A program made the translations under genes and the position numbers. From Candidatus Woesearchaeota archaeon (GTDB taxonomy: Archaea; Nanobdellota; Nanobdellia; Woesearchaeales; SKGA01), in NCBI GenBank assembly GCA_046543005.1, contig JBKHAG010000001.1, positions 1,632 through 65,631 on the forward strand: a DNA stretch of 64,000 bases, given 5' to 3'. Positions 26,114 to 36,450 of the stretch are shown here, one piece after another. The notes under the pieces were generated by a model. It saw only the letters and a program-made list of their open reading frames with translations. It was not told the origin of the DNA and made no database searches. How positions within the stretch are numbered: the stretch's first letter is position 1; the number at the start of each line of letters is the position of its first letter.

Positions 26114-28080
26114 ATAAGTTTTTTTCAACTATAAAAAAAAATATAAAAATTCTTTTACGAATGAAAACTTCGTTAATTTCTATTATTATTGGACCATTGC
26201 TTATTGTTTTTCTTATAGGATTCGCATTTAATTCTCCTTCAGGAGTTGATTTAAGCGTAGGATATTTTGCGCCTGATGATAGCGCTATGACTCAAGAATT
26301 TATTACAAGCATTCAAGAAACATATACTACTCAATCATTTTCTACAAACGAAGAATGTTTTAAACAAGTACAAAAAGGTTTTTTACACGCGTGCATTATA
26401 TTTCCCATAGATTTTTCAATAAAAGATTCTAATCAACCTACAATCCAATTTGTTGTTGATACTTCAAGAACCAATATAGCATACGAAATAATTGATACTG
26501 TCTCAGATCAAATAGGTGTAAAAACTGATGAATTAAGTAAAGAACTTATTTCTGTAATTACAACAACACTAACATCATCTAAAGAAACTATGAAGTCTCA
26601 AGCAAGCGCTGTTGATAATATTTCTCAGACAATTCAAAGTTCTCTTTCAACAACTACAGATATTTCTACTCAACTAAACAATATACAGTTTGACACGCAA
26701 GCAGTTAATATTTCATACCAAAACGATACAATCATATTACAAAATTATACGTCACAATTAACTACTGAAATAGAAACATTTTATTCATCTTATAGCGGAA
26801 CATTAAGCCCAGATGCAGATAGTGCGTTATCTGATTTGCATTCGTTTGCATTAAACACTACTATAAACAGTACAATAGCACTTAACACTCTTGATGAGAA
26901 AATTAGTGATGCTAATGAAGCTCTTTTAGATTGGACTGTGCAAATGACATCTGCTCAAGATGTTGCTCAAGATAGTAAAACTGCAGTTCATAATTTGCAA
27001 AGCTCATTACAATCTATACAATCTCAACTTACTCAAATAAGTTCAGAATTACAAAATAAAGTCACGGCAATTGAAAATATAAAAATAACGTCTAGTTCTG
27101 CTATTGCCGATCCTGTGGAAACTGAAATAATCACGGTTAGTGCGCACAACAGCAATCTGTTAATTTTATTTCCTTATGTTGTTATGTTAGTTATTTTATT
27201 TGTAGGCATGATGCTGGCAAGTACCTTAGTAGTTGTTGAAAAAAGAAATCGCGCGCGATTTAGAGTATTTAGCACGCCAACGAATGAAGAATTTTTTATT
27301 GCAACAACCATAGTCACAACGATTTTAGTTATTTTACTTCAATTACTTATCACATTTTCAATTACTCAATTATTATTTGTAGATATTTTATCTGCAAATG
27401 TTTTAGTCCATAGTATTATTTTGCTTGCAAGCGCAATAACATTTGCTGTTATTGGAATGGTTATTGGTCTTATCTCGTCAACTCAACAAGCAGTTAATAT
27501 GATAACGATTTTCTTCGGTGCAGGTTTATTGTTCTTATCAAATATGGTGTTACCTTTAGAATCGGTATCTGCTGCACTACAAAAAATTGCTAGTTATAAC
27601 CCTTATGTTATTAGTTCTGAACTATTTAGACAATCACTATTATTTTCTTCATCCCTAAAAGATCTTTTAGGCAGTCTATGTAAATTAGGGATAATTACAG
27701 GCATTTTACTACTAATTATTATTCTATCTCAAGGTATTTCTCAAAAAAAATTTTTTACAAAACAACATAAAAGAAAAGGATTGCCAAAAACAACGTATTT
27801 ACGAATTAAAGATTATATTGTTATCAACGATAAAGATCTTCTAATTGCTCTTCAACACGTCAACGATGAAGAATTTGACGAATTTATAAAACAACATAAA
27901 AAGAAGTTTAAAAAATTCCTTAAAAAACAACTTCGTTATAAAAAATTAAGTAAAAAAGTTGGAAAGGAATCATTTGATAGAAAAGATTTACTCATAGAGC
28001 TTGCAACAATTCATAAAGAATATGTTGAAAAACTCCAAAAGTATCAAAAAAAATTCCAACAACAAGCTCATAAAAAATAA
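26110..28080 (+). CDS. ABC-2/YhgE-Pip-like permease with large extracellular Ser/Thr-rich coiled-coil domain and Lys-rich C-terminal cytoplasmic tail
   Basis: N-terminal TM, ~300-aa extracellular low-complexity region, 5 C-terminal TM helices, then a KK-rich tail; translationally coupled to the ABC ATPase. Confidence 0.6.
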   Translation: MNKFFSTIKKNIKILLRMKTSLISIIIGPLLIVFLIGFAFNSPSGVDLSVGYFAPDDSAMTQEFITSIQETYTTQSFSTNEECFKQVQKGFLHACIIFPIDFSIKDSNQPTIQFVVDTSRTNIAYEIIDTVSDQIGVKTDELSKELISVITTTLTSSKETMKSQASAVDNISQTIQSSLSTTTDISTQLNNIQFDTQAVNISYQNDTIILQNYTSQLTTEIETFYSSYSGTLSPDADSALSDLHSFALNTTINSTIALNTLDEKISDANEALLDWTVQMTSAQDVAQDSKTAVHNLQSSLQSIQSQLTQISSELQNKVTAIENIKITSSSAIADPVETEIITVSAHNSNLLILFPYVVMLVILFVGMMLASTLVVVEKRNRARFRVFSTPTNEEFFIATTIVTTILVILLQLLITFSITQLLFVDILSANVLVHSIILLASAITFAVIGMVIGLISSTQQAVNMITIFFGAGLLFLSNMVLPLESVSAALQKIASYNPYVISSELFRQSLLFSSSLKDLLGSLCKLGIITGILLLIIILSQGISQKKFFTKQHKRKGLPKTTYLRIKDYIVINDKDLLIALQHVNDEEFDEFIKQHKKKFKKFLKKQLRYKKLSKKVGKESFDRKDLLIELATIHKEYVEKLQKYQKKFQQQAHKK

Positions 28081-28083
28081 GCG

Positions 28084-28539
28084 CTAAACAACTTTAACAG
28101 TAAAATAAATAATAAAAAATAGTTGTACGATAAAAAATAGTGTTTCTGCAAATGAACCTACTCTAATAGGTCCACATATTTTTTTCTTAAACGGATAAAG
28201 ACGAATTCCCTTTTTTGTTAACATATCCAAAAGTATATGTGATATAAAACCCAACGCAAAAGAAATAGCCAACCATTTATTTACAAAAGAAAGTAAAAGT
28301 ATATATACAATAATTAAAGGAAAAACACTATGAAAAAACCCTCTATGTTTTGAGAATAAACCAACAATTTTTGCACGTCTTCCAACATAAGAAGTTGAAG
28401 AATCTATATCTGGAAATAAACTTCCAAACAAAGAAAAAAAAATAATTCCTGCAGATAGCATAATACTAGAATATGAAAAAAAGAAAACGAGAAGAACGCC
28501 TATAAAAACACCCGTTAAAGCGTGAGTTCTTCCCAGCAT
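28084..28539 (-). CDS. Small polytopic membrane protein, DUF457/YdjM-like (membrane-bound metal-dependent hydrolase family)
   Basis: MLGRTHALTGVFIGVLL... N-terminus and ...FFHSV..., ...HILLDMLT... histidine positions typical of the family. Confidence 0.4.
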   Translation of the reverse strand: MLGRTHALTGVFIGVLLVFFFSYSSIMLSAGIIFFSLFGSLFPDIDSSTSYVGRRAKIVGLFSKHRGFFHSVFPLIIVYILLLSFVNKWLAISFALGFISHILLDMLTKKGIRLYPFKKKICGPIRVGSFAETLFFIVQLFFIIYFTVKVV

Positions 28540-28564
28540 AAAAAACCTCTTTTAGATAAAAAAT

Positions 28565-29710
28565 TTATAAATCATCACCAATATCATCAATAGACATAAC
28601 AGAATCATCATCTCCTGCATCTAAACGTTCTTCATTTTGTGCTTGTTCAAAGACATCAGTTCCTTTTGAATCAGATGATTTTTGTGAAGAATCTTCATGT
28701 TTATTTACGGGCAAAGTTGCTTTTTTTTGCTCTTCGTCATGCTTGGGCGGTTGAGGATTTTTTTCTATTTCATACACCACCAATTCTTTATTATTATACG
28801 CCTGATTTACTTGAACGCGAGCTCGAACATTTATGATATGTCCTAAAAGATCTGTTTTTGCCTCTTCTAAAGCTTCAGTATTTTCTTTGAATTTTAAAAA
28901 ATCCTCAGAACTAACATCAAATAAGGAATTAGTTTGTTCTTTCCAAAAAGTTGCACGAATATTTCCTGAACCATCATCTAAAAATACATTAAGAACATAA
29001 TTATATTGCGGATCTACAGCTTCGTGTGTTGGACATATCCAAGCGCCAGCGTCATCTTGACGAACTCGTTTATTACATTGCGGACATACCTCAAAAAATC
29101 GAGGATTATACACTTGCACAATGGTTGCTGTTATGTTAACAAAAGAATCTTCATCACTAAGTGCAGCTATTTGTTTTTTTTCTGCAGATGGTTTGTCTTG
29201 ACGTTCTTTTACTGTTACAGATTTACCTTGAGGATTTACAACACAATGAGATGCGTTTCCCATATGGAGTTCTGTTCTGCCATTATTTTCTTTAGTATAA
29301 GCATGTTGGATTTCTAGCACGTCACCTTCGTTAATATGTTCAATATATTTTGTTTTATCGTTCCAAAAAGTTACTCTCATAAAACCAGTTTCGTCACCGA
29401 CAAAAATACTTCCAACGCGGCCTTGACCGTCATTACCAAATGTTCTTACTTCATATACTTTTAAAACTTTTACAACAACAGTTACGTTTCGCATTCCTGG
29501 AGTTACTTTTCCTAAATTTGTTTCAGAAACAGGCGTTGTAGTTACGTTAAGACCTAGTTCGTTTGCAATAATGTGTGCTGCACCATCTTCTGAAATTAAA
29601 CCCCCTAAAGAATCCATTTTTGATTTTATTTGAGATTCAACTTCTTCTTTAGATAGTTTTCCTGAATTAATAATTGCGTCAATAATTTGTTGTGTAGATT
29701 CGTCTCTCAT
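28565..29710 (-). CDS. Replication protein A (ssDNA-binding, OB folds + C4 zinc ribbon) with acidic C-terminal tail
   Basis: N-terminal helical module LGGLISEDGAAHIIANELGL, OB-fold segments, zinc ribbon CPQCNKRV...CPTHEAV. Confidence 0.7.
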   Translation of the reverse strand: MRDESTQQIIDAIINSGKLSKEEVESQIKSKMDSLGGLISEDGAAHIIANELGLNVTTTPVSETNLGKVTPGMRNVTVVVKVLKVYEVRTFGNDGQGRVGSIFVGDETGFMRVTFWNDKTKYIEHINEGDVLEIQHAYTKENNGRTELHMGNASHCVVNPQGKSVTVKERQDKPSAEKKQIAALSDEDSFVNITATIVQVYNPRFFEVCPQCNKRVRQDDAGAWICPTHEAVDPQYNYVLNVFLDDGSGNIRATFWKEQTNSLFDVSSEDFLKFKENTEALEEAKTDLLGHIINVRARVQVNQAYNNKELVVYEIEKNPQPPKHDEEQKKATLPVNKHEDSSQKSSDSKGTDVFEQAQNEERLDAGDDDSVMSIDDIGDDL

Positions 29711-29792
29711 GCTAATCTCTCCCTAATAAGCCAATAGTAGCCCTTTGCGACATATAAAGAATCCACTCTTTTTAAGTATTGTGGGCTTGTGA

Positions 29793-29812
29793 CCTGTGTA
29801 TAAAAACACAGG
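29793..29812 (-). terminator. Candidate terminator hairpin (CCUGUGU-loop-ACACAGG) flanked by U-tracts at the distal end of the 34-kb minus-strand block
   Basis: 7-bp perfect stem; minus-strand transcript reads ...AAAAAUGUUUUUG-CCUGUGUUUUUAUACACAGG; lies between the last gene of the block (29833) and the RPA gene. Confidence 0.25.
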
Positions 29813-29832
29813 CAAAAACATTTTTAAATAAA

Positions 29833-30402
29833 TTACTCACAAGTAAAAAAAGAAGAAATTTGTGATGCAGAATACCCTCTTTTACGAAGAGTTTTATAAA
29901 TTATTTCTTGAGAATATCCTTTTTTTTGTAAATCCCAAACATAGTTTTGTAATTGTACTTTTTGCTGATGATATGCATTTTCACTGTGCTCGACTCGTTT
30001 GATAATCAAAAAAATAAAAATGATTAATAAAATAAGACCTGCTGTGACAAACCAAACCCATGTAAATGAAGAAGTTTCTTCTTGTAAAATGCGAGACTCG
30101 GGTGCAGGAGCAATTATTTGAGTATTGTCTTCTATATCAAATACGTATTGTTGATATTCTTTTTTGAGTTCCTCAGATGTTGGTTGAGAATAATCTTCTA
30201 AAGAAACACCTGAATCGTTAACTAAAGGTGTTGAATCAAATTCATTAATGCAAGAAAGTGTTAAAAATTCCTGTACGCGAGGATCGTTTGTTGTAGATAC
30301 ATCTGCACAAGAAATGCAAGTAACTATAAAAGAACTGTTAGCCACTAATAAGATACATAAAATAAAAAATACTATTGGTTTTATACATTGTTTCTTACGC
30401 AT
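29833..30402 (-). CDS. Type I membrane protein (signal peptide + C-terminal TM) with cytoplasmic KKGY...ISSF tail; start corrected to internal ATG overlapping the giant-gene stop
   Basis: MRKKQCIKPIVFFILCILLVANSS... ; TM WVWFVTAGLILLIIFIFLII; tail LQKKGYSQEIIYKTLRKRGYSASQISSFF resembles the C-terminus of the 1073-aa giant protein. Confidence 0.45.
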   Translation of the reverse strand: MRKKQCIKPIVFFILCILLVANSSFIVTCISCADVSTTNDPRVQEFLTLSCINEFDSTPLVNDSGVSLEDYSQPTSEELKKEYQQYVFDIEDNTQIIAPAPESRILQEETSSFTWVWFVTAGLILLIIFIFLIIKRVEHSENAYHQQKVQLQNYVWDLQKKGYSQEIIYKTLRKRGYSASQISSFFTCE

Positions 30403-33400
30403 AAAACAAGCCTCCAGAGTATGAACAAACATCAACATCATTATCTTGCATATACTTTTGAGCATTTTGCCAATTAGTTGAACCATATTCAAAATGCCAT
30501 CTTTCGCCTTTAAAACAAAGCCAACCTAAAGGACATAAAAAATCTTCTTCAAATATTCGATTACCTTCTTCATTTTTTATGACTACATCTATTGCAGCGC
30601 CCTGCAAATGAGTGCAACCATCATTAAGGGTTTCAGGCGTTCCAGGATTACATGTAGGAACTTTCATTTTTCCAGTTTCTTCATCAATATCTTTTGAATT
30701 CATATCATATAACCATTTTTGGATATCATACGTTCTATGTGCTTGATTTATGTACATGGTGTAATTTGCTTCTTTAAGTTTTTTATCAAGCTCAACTAAT
30801 TGGTTTACGAGTTGAGGAATTGCTGCACAAATTCTACGTTTTTTATTTGGATCGTTTGTAAAATATGCTTCTTCACAAGTGATGCGTTCAAACTCAGGAA
30901 ATTCTATTGCATTAATACCTGTTACTGTTTCGTATTCTCCACCACATAAATCGTTTTGTAAAAAGGAATCTAATAAAACTGTCGCGTCGTGGCGCATTTG
31001 CATTGTTGAGGCGATAGTCTCTCCTTCTACTGCAAATACTGCATAGGAATATGTTTTACCATCGCAGGCAGTTACCAAACCTGCCTGAGTTGCAATATTA
31101 TGAGGATATGATTCTGATGCACTCATAAGACCTGTTTTTCCTATTGCAGTATCTTGAGTAAAACCTGAACTAGGCATGTCTGTAAAAAAAGGATATTCTA
31201 AATCATTATACATAGATAACATATCTATTGTTTTTTGTTGCGCTTGTTTTACGTGCGCATCGTATGCTTGTTGAGAAAGGCCTAAAGACTGTTTTACCTT
31301 TGAAGCCATAGATGAAGGTAATGTTAATTTTTTATTATATAATTGAGAATAAAATAAGGTAAAATCATCTGCAGTACTTGTTAAACTTGAACGATGATTT
31401 TTGTAAGCTTTAGCAGGGGAAATAGATGAAGAGGATACGCTTTGCCACGCAGTATATGTACTATCTTGTAAATTATTGTTTTCTAAAAAAGAATCTAAAG
31501 CAGAAAAAGCAGGAAGGGAAAAATCGTTTTGAGAAAGCATTGATTCAATATGCTCTAAAACGAGTGTTGTTTGTTTGTTATCGCTTACTTCAAGCATAGG
31601 TTGCACGTGAGTATCTAATTCAGGCCATTGATTTGCAGGCGTTAGTGCGTAAGCAAGGGACGCTAACTTTATTTTAAAGGCACTCATTGTATCGACAACT
31701 TTTTTAGAATTAACTGAAATAAAGGGTTCAGATACAAAAAGCATATCATCATTTGTAGTTGTTAAACTCACCGCTAAAAGACCATCTTCTTGGGAAAAAG
31801 CGTTAGCCAAATCATCTAAATCTTCTTTAAGGTAAGAAAATGCTTTTGTTTGAGAAAGTTGTGTTGAAGAATCCCCTTGAGCTACTTGTTCAATAGTTGG
31901 TGAAAAAGAACTAATTAAGTCCGTGTATTGTTGTTGGACAGTTCGTAAATAGGAACCAACATATACAAAACGTTCTGCGGCGCAGGATTGAGCAGGTTGT
32001 GCGAATGTTTTTTGAGGCCCATAAGGGGTGCTTGCAGTAAATGATTTAAATTGTATTTGTTGACTTTTTTGAGGATAATGAAGGTTATCATAAATATCAA
32101 TTTCTGAAGAAACAACAGAATACGTATGCGTATAATTTATATCTTCCACCATAGAATCTTGTGGAGCCCACAAATACGTGTATATAATAGAACCGTCATC
32201 TTGTATTTTTTTAAAAAGAGTATTTTTTTGATCATAAGGGTCTGCAAAATTTTCTCGTTCTTTTGCTCCTTGTAAAGGAATACGTCGGTGAGCAAGAGAA
32301 GAAGGTATTGATGCTAAGGAATCTTCATTCGCAGAATCATCTAACATACTTTTTTTGTATGTTTGATATTTTTCTTCTGAAGAATATAAATCTAAAACGA
32401 AAGCAAAAGGTTTATTTTCATCTTGAGTTATATTCCAAGAAATTAAAAGAGGAGTGCTATCTGTTGCGCATGCTTGTTGTTGTATTTTGGGCACAGTAGG
32501 TTCATAGTCTATTTGAGACGCAAGTTCAACACCAAAACGCAATTTTTTTTGTGTAAAAGGAAATTCTGCTTGAAAACGGTATGCTGTTTGCGCAAGAGAG
32601 CAAGAAAATTCACCATAAGAAGTGTTAAAAGGAATCCAATGAAGAGGATATAAACGAGTTGCTTTTTCATTTGTGCGCGATTCAGATTTTGCAGTTACAT
32701 CTCCACACATATCAACACGACAAAATGTTTGAATAGTGTATGTTCTTTCAATTTCTTCTAATGTATTGTAGCACACAGGATCTATTGAATGAATAAAAAT
32801 AGGTTCACCTTCAGGGTCTGGTTCAAATTCTAATTTACAACGAGAATTTTTTGGCGAAGGTTTTGAAATAATTCCTTTACCAACATATATTCCTGTATGT
32901 CCTAAAGCAGTTTTTTTTGTCGCGCTAAATAAATCCCCTGGACGCAATAGTGCAGGATTAATAAACTGGTTATCACGTGTTGATTGTTGATTACATTTAT
33001 CAAGTCCTGTACCTAAAATTTCTTTTTGTAAGGAATTGTTATTATCATCTTTTGCAAAATAATATACGCTTTCAACAAAAGTCGCATCTTGAGTTGTACA
33101 CGTGCCAGCAGAGGCGTCTTGAGCAGAACAGCGAGTTGTTTGTCCAAAACCTGTTCCTACATATTCTTTTGCATATTCAACAATATTTGAACAACTAGTA
33201 TCTTGAATTGATAACTCGTCAATGTCTTCTAAAAAAGTTACAAGTTCACAATATGTTTGTGTTAATTTTTGTGCGTATTCACACGTTTTATCTTTTGTAA
33301 AATAAGGTTTTCTTGTCGGGTCATCTCCTTGGGCTACAAGCGCATGATCATAACTTCCTTGATATGAACAAAAAATACAATTCCAATATGTTTGTGGATC

Positions 33401-35806
33401 GTTTTGATAGGGCGCGCATTTAACATAATTTCCTGCAGAAAGTGGTTGAGGAGTTTTAGTTAGTACTTCTTTTACTGCACCGCTATCGACTTGCGCAGTA
33501 CATCTAAACTGGTCAAGATCTGAGCGAACATATTCTTGTAAACTCGGTGTTGGTCCTTGCTCACAAATACTACTTTGCCAGCCACAACCAGTTAATGAAC
33601 TTTGTTGTGTGCTTAAAACACAACTATTTTGTAATCCCATGCTTGATTCATGTATTGCATGCGTAAGTAATAATGCAGGGTCTGCATCAAATTCTTTTGC
33701 AGCTTCTAAGGCGATTTCTAAATATGTTTTACCATCAGAATTCCAAGCAATTTCATATAATTGTTTTTGATAAGTTGTAGATAATTCTTCAGTTCCAGAA
33801 CATGAAAAAACAGGTCCTGTCGCATGAGAAACGTCTTTGAGATCATCTTGAGTATATGCTTTGTAAAGAGAAGGTTTAACATTTTTTACATCAACAAATG
33901 AAGGTAAAAAAGAATTTGTCATGAATTGTAAAGAATCAGATGATTGTTCTGTTGCAAAATCTTTATCAAACACCCACTTTTGTTGACCTGCATACAAGGT
34001 TGTTTTTTTATTTTCTTTGTCAAAAATAAAATATACTTGAGACTCTGCACTATCAGATAAATATAATTTAGTAGGTGAAAAAGGAAGTTGAGTAATATAT
34101 TGCATTGAATCAGTTTGTGGTTGTGCGTCTACAACTTTTGTAACAAAGGCTTGACCACTTTCAAAAAGTACCAAAGCCACTTTATCTTCAGAAGTTGGTA
34201 AAGAATAATCAATATCAAAAGTGCACACACAAGATGTTGTTTTTAATTGTTGACAAGCGAGTAATTGGTCTAAAAAATCATACACTAAAGCGTTTTCTTC
34301 CTTGTCAAGAGTTATTTTTGTTTTCAATTTATGTTTTTTATTAAACTGCGCAGTAATTTTTTTTACACAGTCTTTTGTTGGTTGCGTACATGACGTTTGC
34401 AAAGTCTGGACAAATTCATCTAGAGGGTTAAAATGAGAAAATAATAAAGAAGTAGAAGTTGAAAGCGAAGGCGTAAAATAAACAAACCCTCCTATATCAG
34501 TATCTTGTTGATTTGCGTTCTCTTCTATATTAGTAACACCGCTTTGATTATAAGAATAGCGAATAACTGCTAAGACATCTGTAAAATCAGAAGTTGCATA
34601 ATAATTGGGAATTGTGCGTTGTACTAAGCCTTGTGAAGGTGTTGATTGAATTATTTGTCCATCTCCAATATATAATGCGACTTCACTTATGGGTGTAGAT
34701 CTTTTAAAAGTGTCTGTAGAGTCTTGAATAAATAAGATATCCCCTGGTTGTGCCCTATCAAAAATATGTGTTAAACTACACGAAGGAATATCTTCATTTT
34801 GCAAACTACTCTTTTTTGAAGCTATAAAATCATCAAAATAAGTTCCACAAACAAGCGTAGTTTCTTCTTTTGTTGCAGCAACATAATATTGTGAAGGCGA
34901 ATCTCGTTGATTAAGTAAGGAAACATTTGCATGCTTTGCAACCCACCAAATCCAACCAGCGCTATCAAAACCAGGAGTTGAAGGTATTCTTGTTTGACTC
35001 ACGAATTGTTCTGCTACAACGTCATGAAAAAAACTTTTTTCTTCGTTTTTTGTTTGATCCTTAATTATTTGAGAAAAGGTATAAGGTGATTCTCCACCCG
35101 GCACATACTCAATATGTTGATCTCTTACGTGTCGCTCATAAAGTGATTGACCTACTTGAGCAAAACATTTTCCTGTTGAACACGTAATAATAGTTTCTTC
35201 TTGGATAGAATCAACATCTAGTAATTGAAGACGAAGTAAGGCATCTTGAATGCGAGGCACAGAATTTTGTGCTTGAACAGTTCGTTGTTTTAAAGGTATT
35301 TTTGGTTCTTGATCAATTGTTGCAAAAATCGTTGTGTGATTCTTTTCTTCTTTAAATTCATAGTCATACACAAACTGTAAGGAAACTGGTTGAAACTGAC
35401 CTACAAATTCTCGCACAGCTGCAGAAAGATACATTTGAAAAGATTCTTCAAAATCAGGAACACAATTTTTTGTAGGAGTTGCATAGGTGTTATATAATAG
35501 AGAACCACAAGGAGGTTTTTGTTTACTTCCCGAAACTGTATTTTGTAAAAAAATTCCGCCTTGTTCAAAAAAATCTTCTTGAGCTTTTTGAGCTGCAAAT
35601 GTCGCACCCATATCAATATAAAGATCAGCATATGTTGCCAGTTCTGATTTGTACAACATATCGTATTGTATTTCTCCAATAGGATTATCTACTTGAACAT
35701 TTGTAGCATTAGAAGACATCACTAAAAAAGTAATAAAAAGTAAAAATACTCCTACAGGCACACCTATAATAATTGCTTTTTTTGAAGACAATAATTCTTT
35801 TTTCAT
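30395..35806 (-). CDS. Giant (1803 aa) N-terminally anchored extracellular multi-domain murein-hydrolase-like protein: two NlpC/P60-like domains, SLT/lysozyme-like domain, C-terminal M15 (VanY-type D-Ala-D-Ala carboxypeptidase) domain
   Basis: NlpC/P60-like 1: GFDSAGWIWWV...PGDILFI...ISEVALYIGDGQII (cf. GFDCSGF...PGDLVFF...ISHVGIYVGNGQMI). NlpC/P60-like 2: QDASAGT...RPGDLFSA...GHTGIYVGKGIIS. SLT-like: LTHAIHESSMG...SLTGCGWQ. M15: CNPGTPETLNDGCTHLQGAAIDVV...GERWHFEYG (cf. PGTSEH..G.AIDI / E.WHF). N-terminal signal-anchor KKAIIIGVPVGVFLLFITFLVM. Confidence 0.65.
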   Translation of the reverse strand: MKKELLSSKKAIIIGVPVGVFLLFITFLVMSSNATNVQVDNPIGEIQYDMLYKSELATYADLYIDMGATFAAQKAQEDFFEQGGIFLQNTVSGSKQKPPCGSLLYNTYATPTKNCVPDFEESFQMYLSAAVREFVGQFQPVSLQFVYDYEFKEEKNHTTIFATIDQEPKIPLKQRTVQAQNSVPRIQDALLRLQLLDVDSIQEETIITCSTGKCFAQVGQSLYERHVRDQHIEYVPGGESPYTFSQIIKDQTKNEEKSFFHDVVAEQFVSQTRIPSTPGFDSAGWIWWVAKHANVSLLNQRDSPSQYYVAATKEETTLVCGTYFDDFIASKKSSLQNEDIPSCSLTHIFDRAQPGDILFIQDSTDTFKRSTPISEVALYIGDGQIIQSTPSQGLVQRTIPNYYATSDFTDVLAVIRYSYNQSGVTNIEENANQQDTDIGGFVYFTPSLSTSTSLLFSHFNPLDEFVQTLQTSCTQPTKDCVKKITAQFNKKHKLKTKITLDKEENALVYDFLDQLLACQQLKTTSCVCTFDIDYSLPTSEDKVALVLFESGQAFVTKVVDAQPQTDSMQYITQLPFSPTKLYLSDSAESQVYFIFDKENKKTTLYAGQQKWVFDKDFATEQSSDSLQFMTNSFLPSFVDVKNVKPSLYKAYTQDDLKDVSHATGPVFSCSGTEELSTTYQKQLYEIAWNSDGKTYLEIALEAAKEFDADPALLLTHAIHESSMGLQNSCVLSTQQSSLTGCGWQSSICEQGPTPSLQEYVRSDLDQFRCTAQVDSGAVKEVLTKTPQPLSAGNYVKCAPYQNDPQTYWNCIFCSYQGSYDHALVAQGDDPTRKPYFTKDKTCEYAQKLTQTYCELVTFLEDIDELSIQDTSCSNIVEYAKEYVGTGFGQTTRCSAQDASAGTCTTQDATFVESVYYFAKDDNNNSLQKEILGTGLDKCNQQSTRDNQFINPALLRPGDLFSATKKTALGHTGIYVGKGIISKPSPKNSRCKLEFEPDPEGEPIFIHSIDPVCYNTLEEIERTYTIQTFCRVDMCGDVTAKSESRTNEKATRLYPLHWIPFNTSYGEFSCSLAQTAYRFQAEFPFTQKKLRFGVELASQIDYEPTVPKIQQQACATDSTPLLISWNITQDENKPFAFVLDLYSSEEKYQTYKKSMLDDSANEDSLASIPSSLAHRRIPLQGAKERENFADPYDQKNTLFKKIQDDGSIIYTYLWAPQDSMVEDINYTHTYSVVSSEIDIYDNLHYPQKSQQIQFKSFTASTPYGPQKTFAQPAQSCAAERFVYVGSYLRTVQQQYTDLISSFSPTIEQVAQGDSSTQLSQTKAFSYLKEDLDDLANAFSQEDGLLAVSLTTTNDDMLFVSEPFISVNSKKVVDTMSAFKIKLASLAYALTPANQWPELDTHVQPMLEVSDNKQTTLVLEHIESMLSQNDFSLPAFSALDSFLENNNLQDSTYTAWQSVSSSSISPAKAYKNHRSSLTSTADDFTLFYSQLYNKKLTLPSSMASKVKQSLGLSQQAYDAHVKQAQQKTIDMLSMYNDLEYPFFTDMPSSGFTQDTAIGKTGLMSASESYPHNIATQAGLVTACDGKTYSYAVFAVEGETIASTMQMRHDATVLLDSFLQNDLCGGEYETVTGINAIEFPEFERITCEEAYFTNDPNKKRRICAAIPQLVNQLVELDKKLKEANYTMYINQAHRTYDIQKWLYDMNSKDIDEETGKMKVPTCNPGTPETLNDGCTHLQGAAIDVVIKNEEGNRIFEEDFLCPLGWLCFKGERWHFEYGSTNWQNAQKYMQDNDVDVCSYSGGLFYA

Positions 35807-36450
35807 GAGAGTGCCCCCTGTTTAGCATATGCTTGATCAGTAAATAATGATTGTAAACGAACACCTTCACTAAAACCTATTTTTGCATAACCTATAGATA
35901 CAACAATTTCGTACGTTTGGGGTGTTTCTGCTAATTGATTAAAATATGCAGGAATTTGTAAATGATAGGTTCCAAAAAAACCAGAAGAGTCGCTTGTTCG
36001 TGTATCACCATAGTTATAATGAGTCAAATCTAAAGGAACAATCTCTTTGTAAACCACACCATCTTTAAAGACACTTGCAATAAGTGTTTGTCCTGCATCT
36101 CGAGATAAAAACACTTTTGCTGCTTGTTGCAAAGAAGATTTTATTTTATTTTGCAATTGAGTATCTTTTATCGTTGTTGAAAATTCTAAAGCAAAATACA
36201 TATTAAGCCATTCATAGACAGGTTTTGTTGTTTCATCTATTTGTAAAGGAGTTTGCACGAAAGTTCTTAGTTGTTGTAAATTGTTACTCGCGTCCCGAGA
36301 TACTGTTAGGGTATCTTCACTTTTTGAAAGATTCGAATTGGTAATAAATAAAATCAATAATAAAGAGCCCACGATTAAAAGAGCTGCTAAAATAAAATCA
36401 GTAGCAAATAAAATTTGGAGTCCTTTTTTATTGAATCTTTTTTTATTCAT
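35803..36450 (-). CDS. Pilin-like protein with archaeal class III (type IV prepilin-like) signal peptide, 215 aa
   Basis: MNKKRFNKKG|LQILFATDFILAALLIVGSLLLILFI; 4-nt overlap with the downstream giant gene. Confidence 0.55.
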   Translation of the reverse strand: MNKKRFNKKGLQILFATDFILAALLIVGSLLLILFITNSNLSKSEDTLTVSRDASNNLQQLRTFVQTPLQIDETTKPVYEWLNMYFALEFSTTIKDTQLQNKIKSSLQQAAKVFLSRDAGQTLIASVFKDGVVYKEIVPLDLTHYNYGDTRTSDSSGFFGTYHLQIPAYFNQLAETPQTYEIVVSIGYAKIGFSEGVRLQSLFTDQAYAKQGALS

